Part shown: positions 48,641 to 63,841 of the stretch, piece after piece
How the letters are laid out: every line of letters begins with the position of its first letter
Position numbering within the stretch: position 1 is the stretch's first letter
NCBI RefSeq assembly: GCF_003918875.1
Contig: NW_025765592.1
Location: 310,001 to 374,000, forward strand
Direction: 5' to 3'
From: Haliotis rubra
Taxonomy: Eukaryota
DNA length: 64,000 bases
Program-made: the position numbers and the translations under genes
Notes under the pieces: generated by a model
The model's database searches: none
What the model saw: the letters and a program-made list of their open reading frames with translations, nothing else
Told to the model about the DNA's origin: nothing

Positions 48641-51010
48641 AGAGATATTATACATTTAACTGGCATAAACCATTTACTCAGACAAGTCAACAATGGTACA
48701 TGCGGTACAGACACAGATTAATCGGGTGGTACATGTTCACTGTGTTTGCCTTTTCTTCATGGATATATGAACTGGCATACCCAATACCTACGCTCACTGA
48801 TCATCTGGTATATTTGTATCTAGTCAGACAGGTCAACTAGTATAAACGCTGTCTTAATGGACTAGTGAACAGCTACATACCTTACTGTGAAACCAACTAC
48901 ATCATACATTATTCACTGGCACAAATCAATCGGTACATGTGTAATCTCTTCTGGCAAGTCAACACACCGCCTCCATCAGTAGAGCCTGCTACTACAACAT
49001 CCACAATATCAGCCAAGTCCGCCACTACCTCGATACTGACACCTGTAAACTCCTAATGGACTGTCTTGTCACGTGTATACTCGACTACTGTAAGTCACGA
49101 TATGCCAACCTCTCCACTAGATCACTCCAGAAACTAATAAAGAATAATGCAAAGAATCACCACAATTCACACCAGTGCTACAGTCTCTACGCTGGCTCCC
49201 CATCTCTGCAAGAATTACCTTCAAAATCCTCATTCTGACTCATGACTGCCTCTACAACGATAACTTTCCCGACTATCTCAAACATCTCCTCTCCGATCCT
49301 CCTCTGACTCTCTCCTCACCCAACACAGATCTCCAAACCAACTGTCTGACCGAGTCTTCTCCTTTGCCAGCCCTGAACTGTGGAACTCTCTTCCAAAGAA
49401 AATCAGGAACACTTCATTGAAAGAAACTTTAAATCTTTGCTTAAGACCCATCTGTTCACTGCTGCCTTTCTGTAAAGTTATATGAACTATTTCCTTCCCC
49501 AATATTGTCACAGCGCCGCTGGGCATCACTACGATGGATATTAGGCGTTATATAAATACATTATTATTATTTGTCAATAACGGCATGAAAAAACATATGG
49601 TCAACATTCTTTATAGATATTGTGACGCCTTCTCTACTGAACAGCCACCAATCACAATCACGCATATATACCCATCAATAACGGCATGGAATAAACACAA
49701 GGTCCGCATTCTGTTCTTCCCTGTTGCATGTTAAGTCTATTCTAGCATATCAATGGATATGTAATGTCCACTGAATCGTATGCCAGTTGCGTAGATTGAT
49801 GCTCATGCCGTTGATCACTGGATTGCCTGGTCCAGAAAGGTCCATTGGGTGGTAGTACTCTGTACTACCTTCAAGAACTCTAAATATAGCGCACGTCTAT
49901 ATACAGTCAATGTCAGTCTAACCGCTGACTCTCTGCTCTGCAGTGCTATACCCTTGGAACATTGTTACACAATGGACATCACTGCCACTCAACACCATGA
50001 AGCCAAAGCTTCAGGTCCTTTTCTACAACTAGCATATGGACCGAAAGGGAACTCCAAGTGATGTAATCCAAAATATGAACAACAATAGTTGGCCATAGCA
50101 TAATATTCAATACAAATAAGGTATGTTCAATAAACAGGTGTCACAGATATTGATAGTTTATATCATTAATAAGATCAGTAGCTTAAACAGTGTAAGATGT
50201 GGTCAAAGCGTCCTGCTGTCCATCAGGACATTTTGCATGAAAAGTCAAAATAATTAATATTACGTGAATCAGCCTCTATTCTCAAGGCAATCCCTGATTC
50301 GACGGTGTACTCATCACCAAACGTCCAGTGTTAACTTGGTTCAAGCCATCCAAATTCTTCCTGCATGGCAGCGCCATGTTCGTTAAGAATGGCCGTCGGT
50401 TGATATCCAAGACATGGATAGAGTGCTGATCATTGTAAGGTGGTTATGCTCTCCTACGAGCCATTTACGATGGTCATTGAGGTATGCTCTCCTGGAGGTA
50501 CTCTGTAACAATACGAGCGATTTGCGCTCATTTTGTTATGTCATCCTGGAGGTAAGCACAAACTTACGCTTTTTGTAATAATATATGTCACGCAAACCAG
50601 GTGATCTTATCAGATAACACCCGTTTAGCAGCATGTTCAGGTGTACACCCTACAGCAGTGTTCAGAGTACAGCTGTAGAGTCAGGTACAAGGTGAGTGGG
50701 TGTTGAAATATTACATTCTGTTTTAACATTGACGTATACCATTGTCCGAATTATAGCTAATGACTGACAGTGATATTCCTCTTGGCCAAAGCAGTTTATC
50801 GTTTGAGGATTGAGGCTCTATATAAATACAAACAAATAGGAAAGTCTGCCACCTACCTCTTCCACATGCGACTCTTGCTCAGACGTACTACAGTCAAGAT
50901 TACACCATTCAATGCCTCAGGGGCACATTGATTCATTGCCATAGCCATGTATCAGGGTTTGATTTGGGTCATTACAATGTGAGAAATACTGTAAATAACA
51001 GGCGCAAATA

Positions 51011-51173
51011 NNNNNNNNNNNNNNNNNNNNNNNNNNNNNNNNNNNNNNNNNNNNNNNNNNNNNNNNNNNNNNNNNNNNNNNNNNNNNNNNNNNNNNNNNN
51101 NNNNNNNNNNNNNNNNNNNNNNNNNNNNNNNNNNNNNNNNNNNNNNNNNNNNNNNNNNNNNNNNNNNNNNNNN
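51011..51173. other. Run of 163 N in intron 1 of gene C'
   Basis: Ns in the sequence. Confidence 0.99.
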
Positions 51174-51761
51174 TCTTACTCAAATGTTCTCTCTCAGGTT
51201 TTGACATTCGAGGCCCTTGATAGCTTTCAAAAAACGTAAAACGCATAAAAGAAATGTCCAGACTAGACACGTCAGTGACATTAATGATGTCTATTTTTTG
51301 TCTTGATTCCAAGTTAACCCACAAATCTGTACGCGATGGAATTTATGGTAAGACAACCAAAAACAAAACAAAGATATATCAATGTGTTATATATGTTAAG
51401 TTTGGAATTGTGTTGAACTAGGCTTCCAAATAAATACTGCAATGGATGTACACAATAGAGTGGCAGTACGATGGATATATATCACGGCAGACATAGCAGT
51501 AAAGTCAGTGATAAATAACATTACCTCATCAGCAACAGTGGACAAGTTTACAAAATACACGCTTCCTGATTAGCCAGGGTGAAACGATGATGTGCACAGA
51601 ATGCGAGACACCATTGCCCTTTGGAAAATATTTTCGGAAACAGTTTGATGCAATTATAACATTGTTTCCCCGCCAGCACAAAAATATAACAACCTTTTGA
51701 CTTGTACTTATTATTATCACAAAAGAAAGTAAATGAAAATGTTTAGTTATATTCTTTCAGA

Positions 51762-54368
51762 ATGGCATCAGCAATGAAAATTGCGCTTGTTACGCTGGTG
51801 GCGGGCTTGCATATTGCAAAAACACAGAAAGTGTCAACTCAAGATGGCCCACTTCTTGGACAACGTCTGTCACTGTTGGGCAAGTCCCTTGACGTATTCT
51901 ATGGAATCCCATATGCCAAGCCTCCTGTAGGTGATCTCCGCTTCAAGCACCCCCAACCTTCAGAGTCATGGGGACCGGATGTTAGAGATGCACAGAAACC
52001 AACGCCATCTTGCATTCAACCTGAAGATGTATTCACATCTCCAGAGGTTTACAGACAGGTCCCGGATGATACCAGTGAAGACTGCCTTCATCTTACAGTG
52101 TGGGCGCCATCAGACAATGCTGGCAATCTGGCAGTGATGGTCTGGATCTACGGGGGAGGTTTCTATTTTGGATCTTCACGAATGCCACTATATGAAGGAA
52201 AATATCTTGCAGCAGAGAATGACATCATCGTTGTTTCAATGAATTACAGACTGGGGCCATTAGGGTTCAGCTATCTGGGGCCAGATACCATCCCTGGAAA
52301 CATGGGCTTGATGGATCAACGACTTGCCTTACAGTGGGTGAAAGACAACATTGCCAACTTTGGTGGAGATCCATCTCGGGTGACAATATTTGGAGAAAGT
52401 GCTGGTGGTGTCAGCGTAGGACACCACCTGGTGTCACCATTGTCACGTGACTTATTTCAGAGAGCCATCATGCAGAGCGGATCCCCGAATTTCCCATGGG
52501 CTTACACTTTTCCACACACAGCAAAACGGAAATTGAAGCAGTTTGCTGATCTCCTTGGATGCCCGTCATCTTCAACTGATGCAGAGATCTATGACTGTGT
52601 AAAGAAAGCAGATGCTCAAACTATGGCAGACCTTCAGCTTAGTGATTTGTTAGATGAAGGACTTGCATTTGGTCCAGTTGTGGATGGGCACTTCCTCCCC
52701 AATGACCCCCAAACTCTTCTGACCACCGGTTCCAACAAGCAGGCTAGTGTAATGCATGGTTTTACTAAAGACGAGTTAACATTGTCTATAGCAGTTGCTT
52801 TGAAGCAGATGAGAAACATATCTTCATTACCGGAAACATTGATTTTAAGCCGCACAGAGTATGAAAGTTTTCTTTCCTATGATAGAATAGGTGGTAAAGG
52901 ATTTGAAGAGCCTCTTCGCCTGTTTTATGAAAGTCAAACATCCCGGTCTTAGGGACACTCACTATTTGGATGTCATGACTCGCATGATGTCAGATAGGGA
53001 TTTCAAGTGTCCTCATCTTGAGTTTGACAGATTGTACTCTCCTGCCAACCCTACCTACGTGTACAGTTTTAATCACCGACTATCAGTTAGTCCGTATCCA
53101 AAGTGGATAGGAGCAACCCATTGGTATGATGTTGAGTTTGTGTTTGGTTTGGTCCTGGAAAAGTCTCTGGGATGTACAGAGGAGGAGATGGAACTCAGCA
53201 GGACCATCATGACCTATTGGACCAACTTTGCCAAGTCAGGGTGAGTAATAGAGTGCAATTGAGAGTGTGAGTGAGTGGCGAGTGATAGTGTGAGTTGGAC
53301 AGAGTAAGAGAAAAATCGAGTCATGGAATTACGCAGGTTAATAGTCTCGGAACAGATGAGCGAGTGAGTGAGAGATCCCTCACTCGGTCTTATATTGTTC
53401 ATTTACATGTTCAAACAATTTCACCTCAGATAAAAATTGATTCCCATTTCCAAACAGATCGATTTGTATTGTTTTCTTGAAGCTTTCATATCTTTATACA
53501 GCAACCCTAACACTCCTGTCCCCGTCAAGGTGAACTGGCCAACCTCTGACAACACTGATCTCTCCTACATGGCTCTTGACGTGGGCAGCAACTTATCAGC
53601 GGGACACGGGGTAGTCCACCACGAATGTGTCTTCATCAACAGGATTCTACCCATGATTTCTAAAGGTAATGTGTTGTTATGATAGGATGTCGCTTGTTGC
53701 AATTACACATATTTGAATGTAGCTGTGTCTAAAACACTCAAAAACAGATCGATATGTCAAAGGAAGCATAGTTTTGTCTTTCCATTCCAAGTCAACTCTC
53801 TTGGCTTCCATACGATTTTCCAAACGCCAGTAAAATATGTGCCTCCTCCTTGGTCATGGTTTGACAATGACTTCTTAATGCGAATGTCGCTCAGAAAATA
53901 TTATAAATCTATGATGGATTTCAACCTCAGATAGACTGTACCAAAACCGATCCAAAACACAATCATGGAAAATTCGTATTACCCCACATCAATAATGGCT
54001 GTGGTTTTAACCAAAGGCAATTACAGACACAAAGAATACCCAGCGTATCAGGTGCTATACAGTGACGTAATGTATATGGAAAACAACCATAGAACATGTG
54101 TAACGAGGAAGACTTCAAATATTGCCAATTGCGTTCAGGAGTTCTCCCAGATTTAATTATTTGCTTTTCTTACGCGTATCCAGCTCCCTGATTTCATAAA
54201 GCTGTGAATGTCTGGAACCCACATCACGTTTTGTTTGCCAACCAGTTAAGAACACGCCCACTCGTGTCTGTCTTGCTGTAGTGTTGCTGGAACAGCCAGG
54301 GAAGTTATGAACCATATTGTTGTGTTTCAGACCCACCGGAAGGGCAGGACTACTGCACCAAAGGATGA
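51762..54368 (+). CDS. Cholinesterase-like paralog C' (exons 51762-53240, 53502-53665, 54331-54368); single +1 frameshift at ~52944
   Basis: Nearly identical to C; tcccggtctt replaces tcccctctt. Confidence 0.75.
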
Positions 54369-54617
54369 CAACATCTTAATAATCGGACCTGAGTATAAAA
54401 TATAAATACATCATTAAAATTCAGGTTTAATGTTGTTTTGATGTTTATTAGTTATATGGCTTGCTGCCATGTAGATCTGTCAATGACGTCATTGAATAAA
54501 TATTTGGCTTATGTTCTGTTGTTCAGTATTTAATCTATTTAAGCATGCTGTGTCCTGCAAGGCCAAGAACCTAACAAACACACACATAACGTTGCAATTC
54601 ACAATATATACTGAACA

Positions 54618-55931
54618 GGAACCCAAGGAACCCAAGGAATCCAAGGAACCCAAGGAACCCAAGGAACCCAAGGAATCTAAGGAATCTAAGGAACCCAAGG
54701 AACCCAAGGAATCCAAGGAACCCAAGGAACCCAAGGAATCTAAGGAACCCAAGGAACCCAAGGAACCCAAGGAACCCAAGGAACCCAAGGAACCCAAGGA
54801 ACCCAAGGAACCCAAGGAACCCAAAGTACCCAAGGAACCCAAGGTACCCAAGGAACCCAAGGAACCCAAGGAAAAGATACCCAAGGAACCCAAAGGTACC
54901 CAAGGAACCCAAAGGAACCTAAGGAACCCAAGGAACCTAAGGAACCTAAGGAACCCAAGGTACCCAAGAACCCAAGGAACCCAAGGAACCCAAAGTACCC
55001 AAGGAACCCAAAGGAACCCAAGGAACCCAAAGAACCCAAGGAACCCAAGGAACCCAAGGAACCTAAGGGAATCTAAGGAACCCAAAGTACCCAAGGAACC
55101 CAGATAGGAACCCAAGGAACCCAAGGAACCCAAGGAACCTAAGGAACCCAAAGTACCTAAGGAACCAAAGGAACCTAAGGAACCCAAGGAACCCAAGGAA
55201 CCCAAGAACCCAAGGAACCCAAGGAACCTAAGGAACCCAAGGAACCCAAGGAACCCAAGATACCAAAGGAACCCAAGGTACCCAAGGAACCCAAAAGCAA
55301 CCTAAGGAACCCAAGAACCCAAGGAACCCCAAGGAACCTAAGGAACCCAAGGAACCCAAGGAACCCCTAAGATACCCAAGGAACCCAGTACCCCAAGGAA
55401 CCCAAGGAACCCAAGGAACCCAAGGAACCAATAAGGAACCCAAGAACCCACGGAACCCAAATACCTAAGGAACCTAAGATACCCAAAGGAACCCAAGGAA
55501 CCTAAGGAACCTAAGGTACCTAAGGAACCCAAAGTACCCAAGGAACCCAAGGAACCCAAGGAACCCAAGGAACCCAAAGTACCCAAGGAACCCAAGGAAC
55601 CCAAGGAACCCAAGGAACCCAAGAACCCAAGGAACCCAAGGAACCCAAGGAACCCAAGGTACCCAAGGAACCCAAGGAACCCAAGATACCCAAGGAACCC
55701 AAAGGAACCCAAGGAACCCAAGGAACCCAAGGAACCTAAGGAACCCAAGGAACCCAAGATACCCAAGGAACCCAAGGAACCCAAGGAACCCAAGGTACCC
55801 AAGGAACCCAAGGAACCCAAGGAACCCAAGGAACCCAAGGAACCCAAGGAACCCAAAGTACCCAAGGAACCCAAGGAACCCAAGGTACCCAAGGAACCCA
55901 AGGTACCCAAGGAACCCAAGGAACCCAAGGA
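54618..55931. repeat. 9-bp (GGAACCCAA)n minisatellite, second-block version
   Basis: Longer than the first-block array and with different variant units. Confidence 0.95.
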
Positions 55932-58900
55932 ACACATTGTGACGACTGCCAGCATGGTGATGCCTACTACCATTCTTACCTCGTTCATAACCAGCTGCCA
56001 AAAGGAAGTTGAAGTCAAAGAACCAATAGACATCCACATGACGTGACAATGCACGATATTCTGAAAATCTGAGAAACACATTTCAAAATAGAGATTTCCT
56101 CTATTGTCAGATTGTCAGTGATGCTTTCTAACATTCGTCCATCTTTCCTGGTGATCCCCTTAAGGGTTGGTGGACAGTCAACGTCAAGACGTGTATGATG
56201 TTACCTTTGAGGTGAGGTGAGGTGAACTTGTGTTTAACGTCGTACTTGAGCATATTTCGCTCATATGACGACGTGCATGCGTGTGTATGTGTATGTGCGG
56301 CTGCTTGTACTAGCCCAGACTGAAGCTGGTTTTATAGTGCTAGCCCACTGAGATACCATGCCGCAGTGAAGCATGAATACCCCACTCAGACACATTATAC
56401 TGACTCCGAGCCGACCAGTCCTTGTTGTACCCATTAATGCCGAGCGCCAGGCAGGGACCAACAAGTACCATATTTTAACGTCTTTTGGTATGACGCGGTC
56501 GGGATCGAACCCGCGACCTTCCGCTCTCCGGGCGGACGCTCTAATCACTACACCATGGAGGCGGTCGATATTACCTTTTTGATGCAGATAAAGCACTTAA
56601 TGGGAGATCTACACACTGACCTCTGGTGTCAACTTAGCAACAACTTCTCCTTTGAATGTTTGTAGTTTCATTATTTAGCAACACAAAAAGGGGGGTGGGG
56701 GGGGTAAAATGTCGTATTTCAATGCTTCAGGAATCTCCCTGGTTGTGAACATCATAAAGTGAGTGTGAGGTTTGTAATAGAGGCTTTATTATACACCTGC
56801 AGCACTCTGGCCTTCCCTCCTGTGATGTAAATACACAAATACAAAACAATCAAACCTCACTCACTCACCCACCCATCCATCCACCTGCTCACATCACTCA
56901 CTCACTCATTGCCTCACCCACTCACTCACTGACCCACACATCCATCCACCGGCTCACTCACTCACTCACTCATTGCTTCACCCTCTCACTCCCTGACCCA
57001 CACATCCATCCACCGGCTCACTCACTCACTCACTCACTCACTCAAACCCACTCACTCACTGTTAAGTGTGAAAGAGGCTGTTATGGAATGCCTGTATTGT
57101 GAACTGTATTGCGATATGCTGGGAGGTCAAGGTCAGAATGGTCAGTCAAATATATTTCTCTTTTGATTTGGATTAAGCTATACAAATGATAACAAAACCT
57201 CTGCTGGTTTCTCAATATACCCTGTACATACTGAAAACTTGTTTCAAAACCTCTTGTTTGAAAAGTGTATTTCAGTATACCACTGACTCAAACCCACTCA
57301 CTCACTCACTCACTCACTCACTCAAACTCACTCACTCACTTACTCACTCACTCATTCCATGGCCAAAGTCCCCCTGTGTCTACTTTACACATGTCGTAAT
57401 CAGGCTGGCGGTCTCGCTGGATGACTTGCAGATTCTCCACCTGAAGCTTCGCCCAACAACCAAGTTCATATTAACTCACCTGCCCCCGATTTAGGAGTCA
57501 GTGCAAAACTATAACTGTACATGTCACGGAAATCAGGTCATCGTGTGAGATATCACCGGTGAACAGCGCCTCAACGTGTACACACTTTTTGCACTATCCA
57601 GAGAACACTCATCAAGTCAGGTGCAAGATAAGTGTGTCACGAAAATAACATTCTGTTGATCACGAAATACCACTGAAGCATACAATAGCCCGAAATATAG
57701 ACAATGCTGTTTTGGTGGTGTGACTACAGACGACAAGAGTTTATCTTTGAGAGCAGAGGCTGCATTAGTCTGTCTCACAGTCCCTGAACCACATTATTTT
57801 CCCCAATGCTTAGCCCTCCCTGCAATGCTGAAGCCCTAAATGAAGCAAGTCAAGATTTCCTCAGGTTCAGCCTGAATCTCTGGTCTCCCTGGGGCTCCTT
57901 TTCAATTTAAATGGGTTTATTTGCTACTATCAAAGTTATATGTATTCAGGGACTAAACGTTAGTCTAAGGCTGCATATGCTTTCATACAAATACGCCGTT
58001 CAATACCCTTCACTAACCGAGGGATCTGAATAAAAAATAAAATAATAATAATAATAATAATAATAAAAATAAATAAAATAAATCCAAATAGGATTGCCAG
58101 TCACCAACATTCATGCTGTTTACACACGTGTCTATAATACTACTGCAGTGTCCTCCCTGTGTGATAAAACAACGACATTTCAGTTGTACAGGAAATAGTA
58201 CTGCAGTGTCTTCCATGTGTGATAAAACAACGACATTCAGTTGTACAGGAAATACTACTAAAGCATAAGGTTGTCCGACATGAATAACGGATGACAGTGT
58301 TTCTACTCTGGACTATAACAGCTGATCCGAATATGGTTGCATACAAATAGGCCAGTAAACAGCCAACTCTCGTTCAGAGAACTACATATTCCCGCGAATT
58401 TACTTCAATTGTCTGTGTTCGTTACCTGGCCGAACGTTCCTCTGAAATGGGTACCAGTAAGGACAAGATGGTCGGATGTACATTAGTGCATTCAGTAATG
58501 AATGGGTACCAGTAAGGACAAGATGGTCGGATGTACATTAGTGCATTCAGTAATGAATGGGTACCAGTAAGGACAAGATGGTCGGATGTACATTAGTGCA
58601 TTCAGTAATGAATAGGTACCAGTAAGGACAAGATGGTCGGATGTACATTAGTGCAGTCAGTAATGAATGGATACCAGTAAGGAGGGCGATGTGACTGTGA
58701 ACGTTATCGCGCCTCACTGGCAGTATGAACTGCAGAGGAAGCCCAGGAATGGAAATAGAGGGCGCGTCCATTAACCGGGTTCTTAACTTGCCTTAGGGTT
58801 TAAATTTGGGTAATTTAAATGTGAAAATTGTTGACGATAATACATGTGTATGCATTATTTGTAGCAAATATTTCAGGCGTAATGCCTGACAAACAAATCC

Positions 58901-61198
58901 AATGTATACAGTACATATATCTTAGCGTCAGCTATCATACTGCAAATTTAATGTTTTAGAGTCAACATTCAAACACTCATTGTAGCTTTCAAAATAATTT
59001 TCAATACATGTGCAGGAAATTTCCAAACTAGACGTATCAATGACAACATTTCGTCTTATTTTGTAGTCTCCATTTCACACTTAAAACACCCTACTGAGTC
59101 TAGTAGAAGGTCACGTTTGGGCGACCTATGACCGTTCAATCAAACGCGAGACGGCCGAACGGACTTAACCAATCAGACAACGACTACTTGTTAGGGTTCG
59201 GCGGGACTTACAAAACGCTTTTGGTACTTTCTCTTCCCTGGTCGCTGACACGGGGTGTTCCTCTTTTGCCAGTCGGGCAAGTTGTTTATTTAGGGATTAA
59301 GAGGATCACCAGACCATGTTAATTAGCAAGACAATGATGGGGATGACTGAGGAGATGACCAAGCCAAGAAAGAGGGCTATCATTTGTATTTTTATGTTCA
59401 GCATACATAAATGACCCAGAAAACGAAAATACAGAGAACTTAACGATAGACTACAGACAGAAAAAGACCATCTTCAAGCAGGAACTAAGACCATGTTAGA
59501 ATATGGAGATGCTGTTTCTCATCTTGTTGGGCTTTAAAGTCAATTGTGTATGAACCATCATTGTGGACATTGATGATGTATGATTGTGATTAGTACCTTA
59601 TCAATTTCTTATATTTACGCAGTTACATAATGCTAAACATTGTGTACAGTTACGTATGTTATGTGTTGCGTATGATTGTGATTAGTAATTTATCAATTTA
59701 GGTATGCGAACACAAAAATACAAATGATAGTCCACTTGTGTCACTTGTGTAAATGGCCTATGGTCTGTTCTCACTGTATCCTTGAGGACGACAAGGAAAT
59801 GGTCTCTGTAGCTTGTGACCAAGTCGTCCCTGGTGTTAATCGTTGCTCAACAAGAAGGATACCAACATCTCCAATGTGTTGTATCACGCTTGCTAGTCAT
59901 AATTCGAAACTTATATCCCTGATACACTAAATGTCTACCACCTCGACCATTTGGAACAAACTGAACGTTCACCAAAGCATTTGCCATCATGGGATAAAGT
60001 GAACACTTGTCATAACATGGCACCTTATATACCTTACAGTAAAACAACATTGTTATTTATTGCTGTTCTAGATACATGGAGATGTATGGGGAACATGGAG
60101 ATGTATGGAGAACATGGAGATGTATGGAGAACATGGAGATGAAGGGAGAACAGCCATGTAATAACTGAACCAAAAATCATTCCCTCTACTAGTGAAGGCC
60201 GTGTGGGATTAGTTAAACAAACAAACCCAGTCAACCATGCCTCATAATCCTCTTACTCCTTAAATAAATAACTTGTCCGGATACCACCGCTGACACTGAT
60301 CTATCAACAAACGAAAATCCGCATAAAGCACAGATATATTTTTAACTGCTGTATATACGCTTATGGGTTTCTAATGACATGGTTACTATTTGCTCATATT
60401 TTCGCAAGATGACATCCTTGAATATTGACAAAAACGCTGTTATCTGCGACTGTTTACTCACTGTTTGTATCACTCTGAAGCGATCGTCGGAAAATAGCAT
60501 TCGGAATCGTTCGAGTTTTTGAGGTTCAAACGGTATGTGCGAATGTTAACTTTCGTGATTTGGTAAGCTGTGTTCTGATTTGTCAGTCCAAAAGGTTAGC
60601 TGACGCGACCTTTTACTAGGTTTTGTTAGACTCAGTGTAGCAGTGTAACAAATAATACTGAGTCTAAGTTTACTAAGCCTGTTTAAAATTATACTTACAA
60701 ATTAAAACAAATTACTGCAGAGCAATTGTTTGTATGTTGTTTAACGCCGCACTCAGCAATATTTTAGCTAGATTTCTGTAAATAATCGAGTCTGAAGCAA
60801 ACATTCCTGTGTTAACATCATGCGCAAATGGGATACCAGCAAGCAAGTAAGCAAGCCTGACCCTCTGATCCGTTAGGCGCATCTTACGCTGCTGAAGACC
60901 AATTCTAACCTGGATCTTCACAGATGCAGTGCAGCTGCTATGGAAGAACAGAGTAGAGTGGCTGAGATAGCTACAAAGTCAGCAATATATAGTCAGCGAC
61001 GGTCATCTAAACTGTGTGAAATATCAGGGGTGATGAAGGTCAGAGAATGGTTCACTCCACTGTCCTCAAGTGACAATTATTAGAAACAACTACAACATAT
61101 AACACTGATTCTGTGATTATCTAAGAACATGAATTGAAAAGCAACAAAAGTTTATCTGTTAATGTATCTTAAAAAAAGTTGTGTGTTTTCTTTTCAGA

Positions 61199-63841
61199 AT
61201 GTGGACAGGAATGAAACTTGCATTTGCGACGCTTGTGACGTTGTTGCTTGAGTTGCATGTTGCAAAAACACAGAAAGTGTCAACACTAAATGGCCTCTTC
61301 TAGGACAACGTCTGTCAGTGTTGGGCAAGTCCCTTGACGTATTCTATGGAATCCCATATGCCAAGCCTCCTGTAGGTGATCTCCGCTTCAAGCACCCTCA
61401 ACCTTCAGAGTCATGGGGACCGGAAGTTAGAGATGCACAAAAACCGACGTCATCTTGCTTCCAACCAAAAAATGCTCATGGCAGTGATGAAAGTTACAAA
61501 CAGATGCCCGATGATTACAGTGAAGACTGCCTTCATCTTACAGTGTGGGCGCCATCAGACAATGCTGGCAATCTGGCAGTGATGGTGTGGATCCACGGTG
61601 GAGGTTTTTATATTGGATCTACAAGACTGCCACTGTATGAAGGAAAATACATTGCAGCAGAGAATGGAGTCATCGTTGTTTCAATGAATTACAGATTGGG
61701 GCCTTTAGGGTTCAGCTACCTTGGTCGAGATACCATCCCTGGCAACATGGGCTTGATGGATCAAAGATTAGCCTTACAGTGGGTGAAAGACAATATTGCC
61801 AACTTTGGTGGAGATCCAACCCGAGTCACCATATTTGGAGAAAGTGCTGGTGGTGCAAGTGTAGGTCTACACCTGGCATCACCGCTGTCACGTGACCTGT
61901 TTGACAGAGCAATAATGCAGAGTGGGACTCTCATCTCCCTATTTGCAGACCGCATGCCCAAAACAGCAATACGGACACTGAAGAGACTTGCTGATCACCT
62001 TGAGTGCCCTTCATCTTCAACTGATGCAGAGATATATGAGTGCTTGAAGACAGTAGATGCACAAACTATGGCAGACCTTCAGCTAGGTTTGTTCGGTGAA
62101 GGAATTGCATTTCGTCCAGTTGTGGATGGGTACTTCCTCCCCGATGACCCCAAAATTCTTCTGTCCACTGGCTCCATCAAGCAGACCAGTGTATTGCATG
62201 GTTTTACTAAAGATGAGACAGCACTGTTTTCTGCAATGATATTGAAGCAGATGAGAAACGTATCAACATTACCTGAATCACTCATTTTAAGTCGTCAAGA
62301 ATATGATAATTTTATTTCATTTGACATGCTCACTGGAACAGACATTGAAGAGCCTATTCGTCTGTTTTATGAAAGTCAGATACCCCTTCTAAAGGACACG
62401 GACTATTTAGAGGTCGTAACTCGTGCAACTTCAGACAGGGGATTTAAGTGTCCTCATCTTGAGTTTGACAGATTATATTCTCCTGCTAACCCTACCTATG
62501 TCTACAGCTTTAATCATCGACTGTCAATTAGTCCGTATCCAAAGTGAATGGGAGCACCCCACTGGTACGAGCTTGACTTTGTTTTTGGTTGGGTTCTGGA
62601 AAAGTCTCTGGGATGTACAGAGGAGGAGATGGAACTCAGCAGGACCATCATGACGTACTGGACCAACTTTGCCAAGTCCGGGTGAGTGAGTGACTGAATG
62701 AGCGAATGAAATATACATTCAATGATAAAAACGTTTTACTAAGTCACCCTTCTTTAAATTATACCACAGATAAATGTGTATAAAATAATCATGATTTCTT
62801 GATGTTTTCTTATGTGTATCCAGCGATCCAAACGCTCCTGTCCCCGTCAAGGTGAACTGGCCAGCCTCTGACAACACTGATCTCTCCTACATGGCCCCTT
62901 GACGTGGGCAGCAAATTAGCAGCAGGACATGGGGTAGTCCACCATGAATGTGTCTTCATCAACAGGATTCTACCCATGATTTCTAAAGGTAAATCTATAA
63001 TGGTACATTGGTTCCTGGTACACATAAATGAATATTTTTAGAAGTGACTTGGATACTTCTCTTGTTTGGTTGAATATTTACGATGATAAGTAATGTTGTT
63101 GATTTTCTTTAATTATCACGAATGGTTGGAACAGACTCGTTTATATTGGTAGTTGTTGATTCTCAAGTTAAAACAAAATAGTTAACAGGGAATCAGTCTG
63201 TACGAGAATTGTGTGTGAAATTGAGAAACAAAAAAGATGTAATTAAACATTGTATTTCTTAAATTGTAAAGTCGCAAATCAATACAAAGACTTCACTTTG
63301 GGAGAGTGAGTGAGTGAGTTTAGTTTTACGCCCACACTCTGTAATATATGGCGGCGGCCAGTAAATAATCAAGTCTGGACCAGACAATCCAGTGATGAGC
63401 ATCGATCTACACAACTGGGATACGATGACACACTTTGGCAGAACAAAATAGAGTGGCAGTACAAAGTCAGAGGTATAATATAACAGCAGTGATTGTAGAA
63501 ATAAAGACAATGATGGTCATAGTGACCTGTCAGCAATAGAAATTCAACTTGGAAGAAAGGGCCAGGCAGAGAGTAAACAAAGTTTAAAGTGACCACTCAC
63601 AATACTGGTCTTCTTGTGACTCGAGATGTGATGTGAGATGAAAGGCAATAGCTAAGTAAGATTCACTGACTGAATCTACAGGTACAAAGTATACCTTGAA
63701 ACATTGTTGCACAACGTTTAACACCGCCTCATGGCAGCATGTTCATGCCAATATGTTCCATAGTGCAGCTATGGAAATTATGAATTCATGGTTGTGTTTC
63801 AGACCCACCGGAGGGGGCAGGAGTACTGCACAAGAGGATGA
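61199..63841 (+). pseudogene. Cholinesterase-like paralog D' pseudogene (exons 61199-62681, 62824-62988, 63803-63841)
   Basis: Shared early frameshift (TAG at 61301-61303), a private TGG>TGA nonsense change at 62545-62547 just before the catalytic His, and a mutated exon-1 donor at 57628. Confidence 0.88.
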
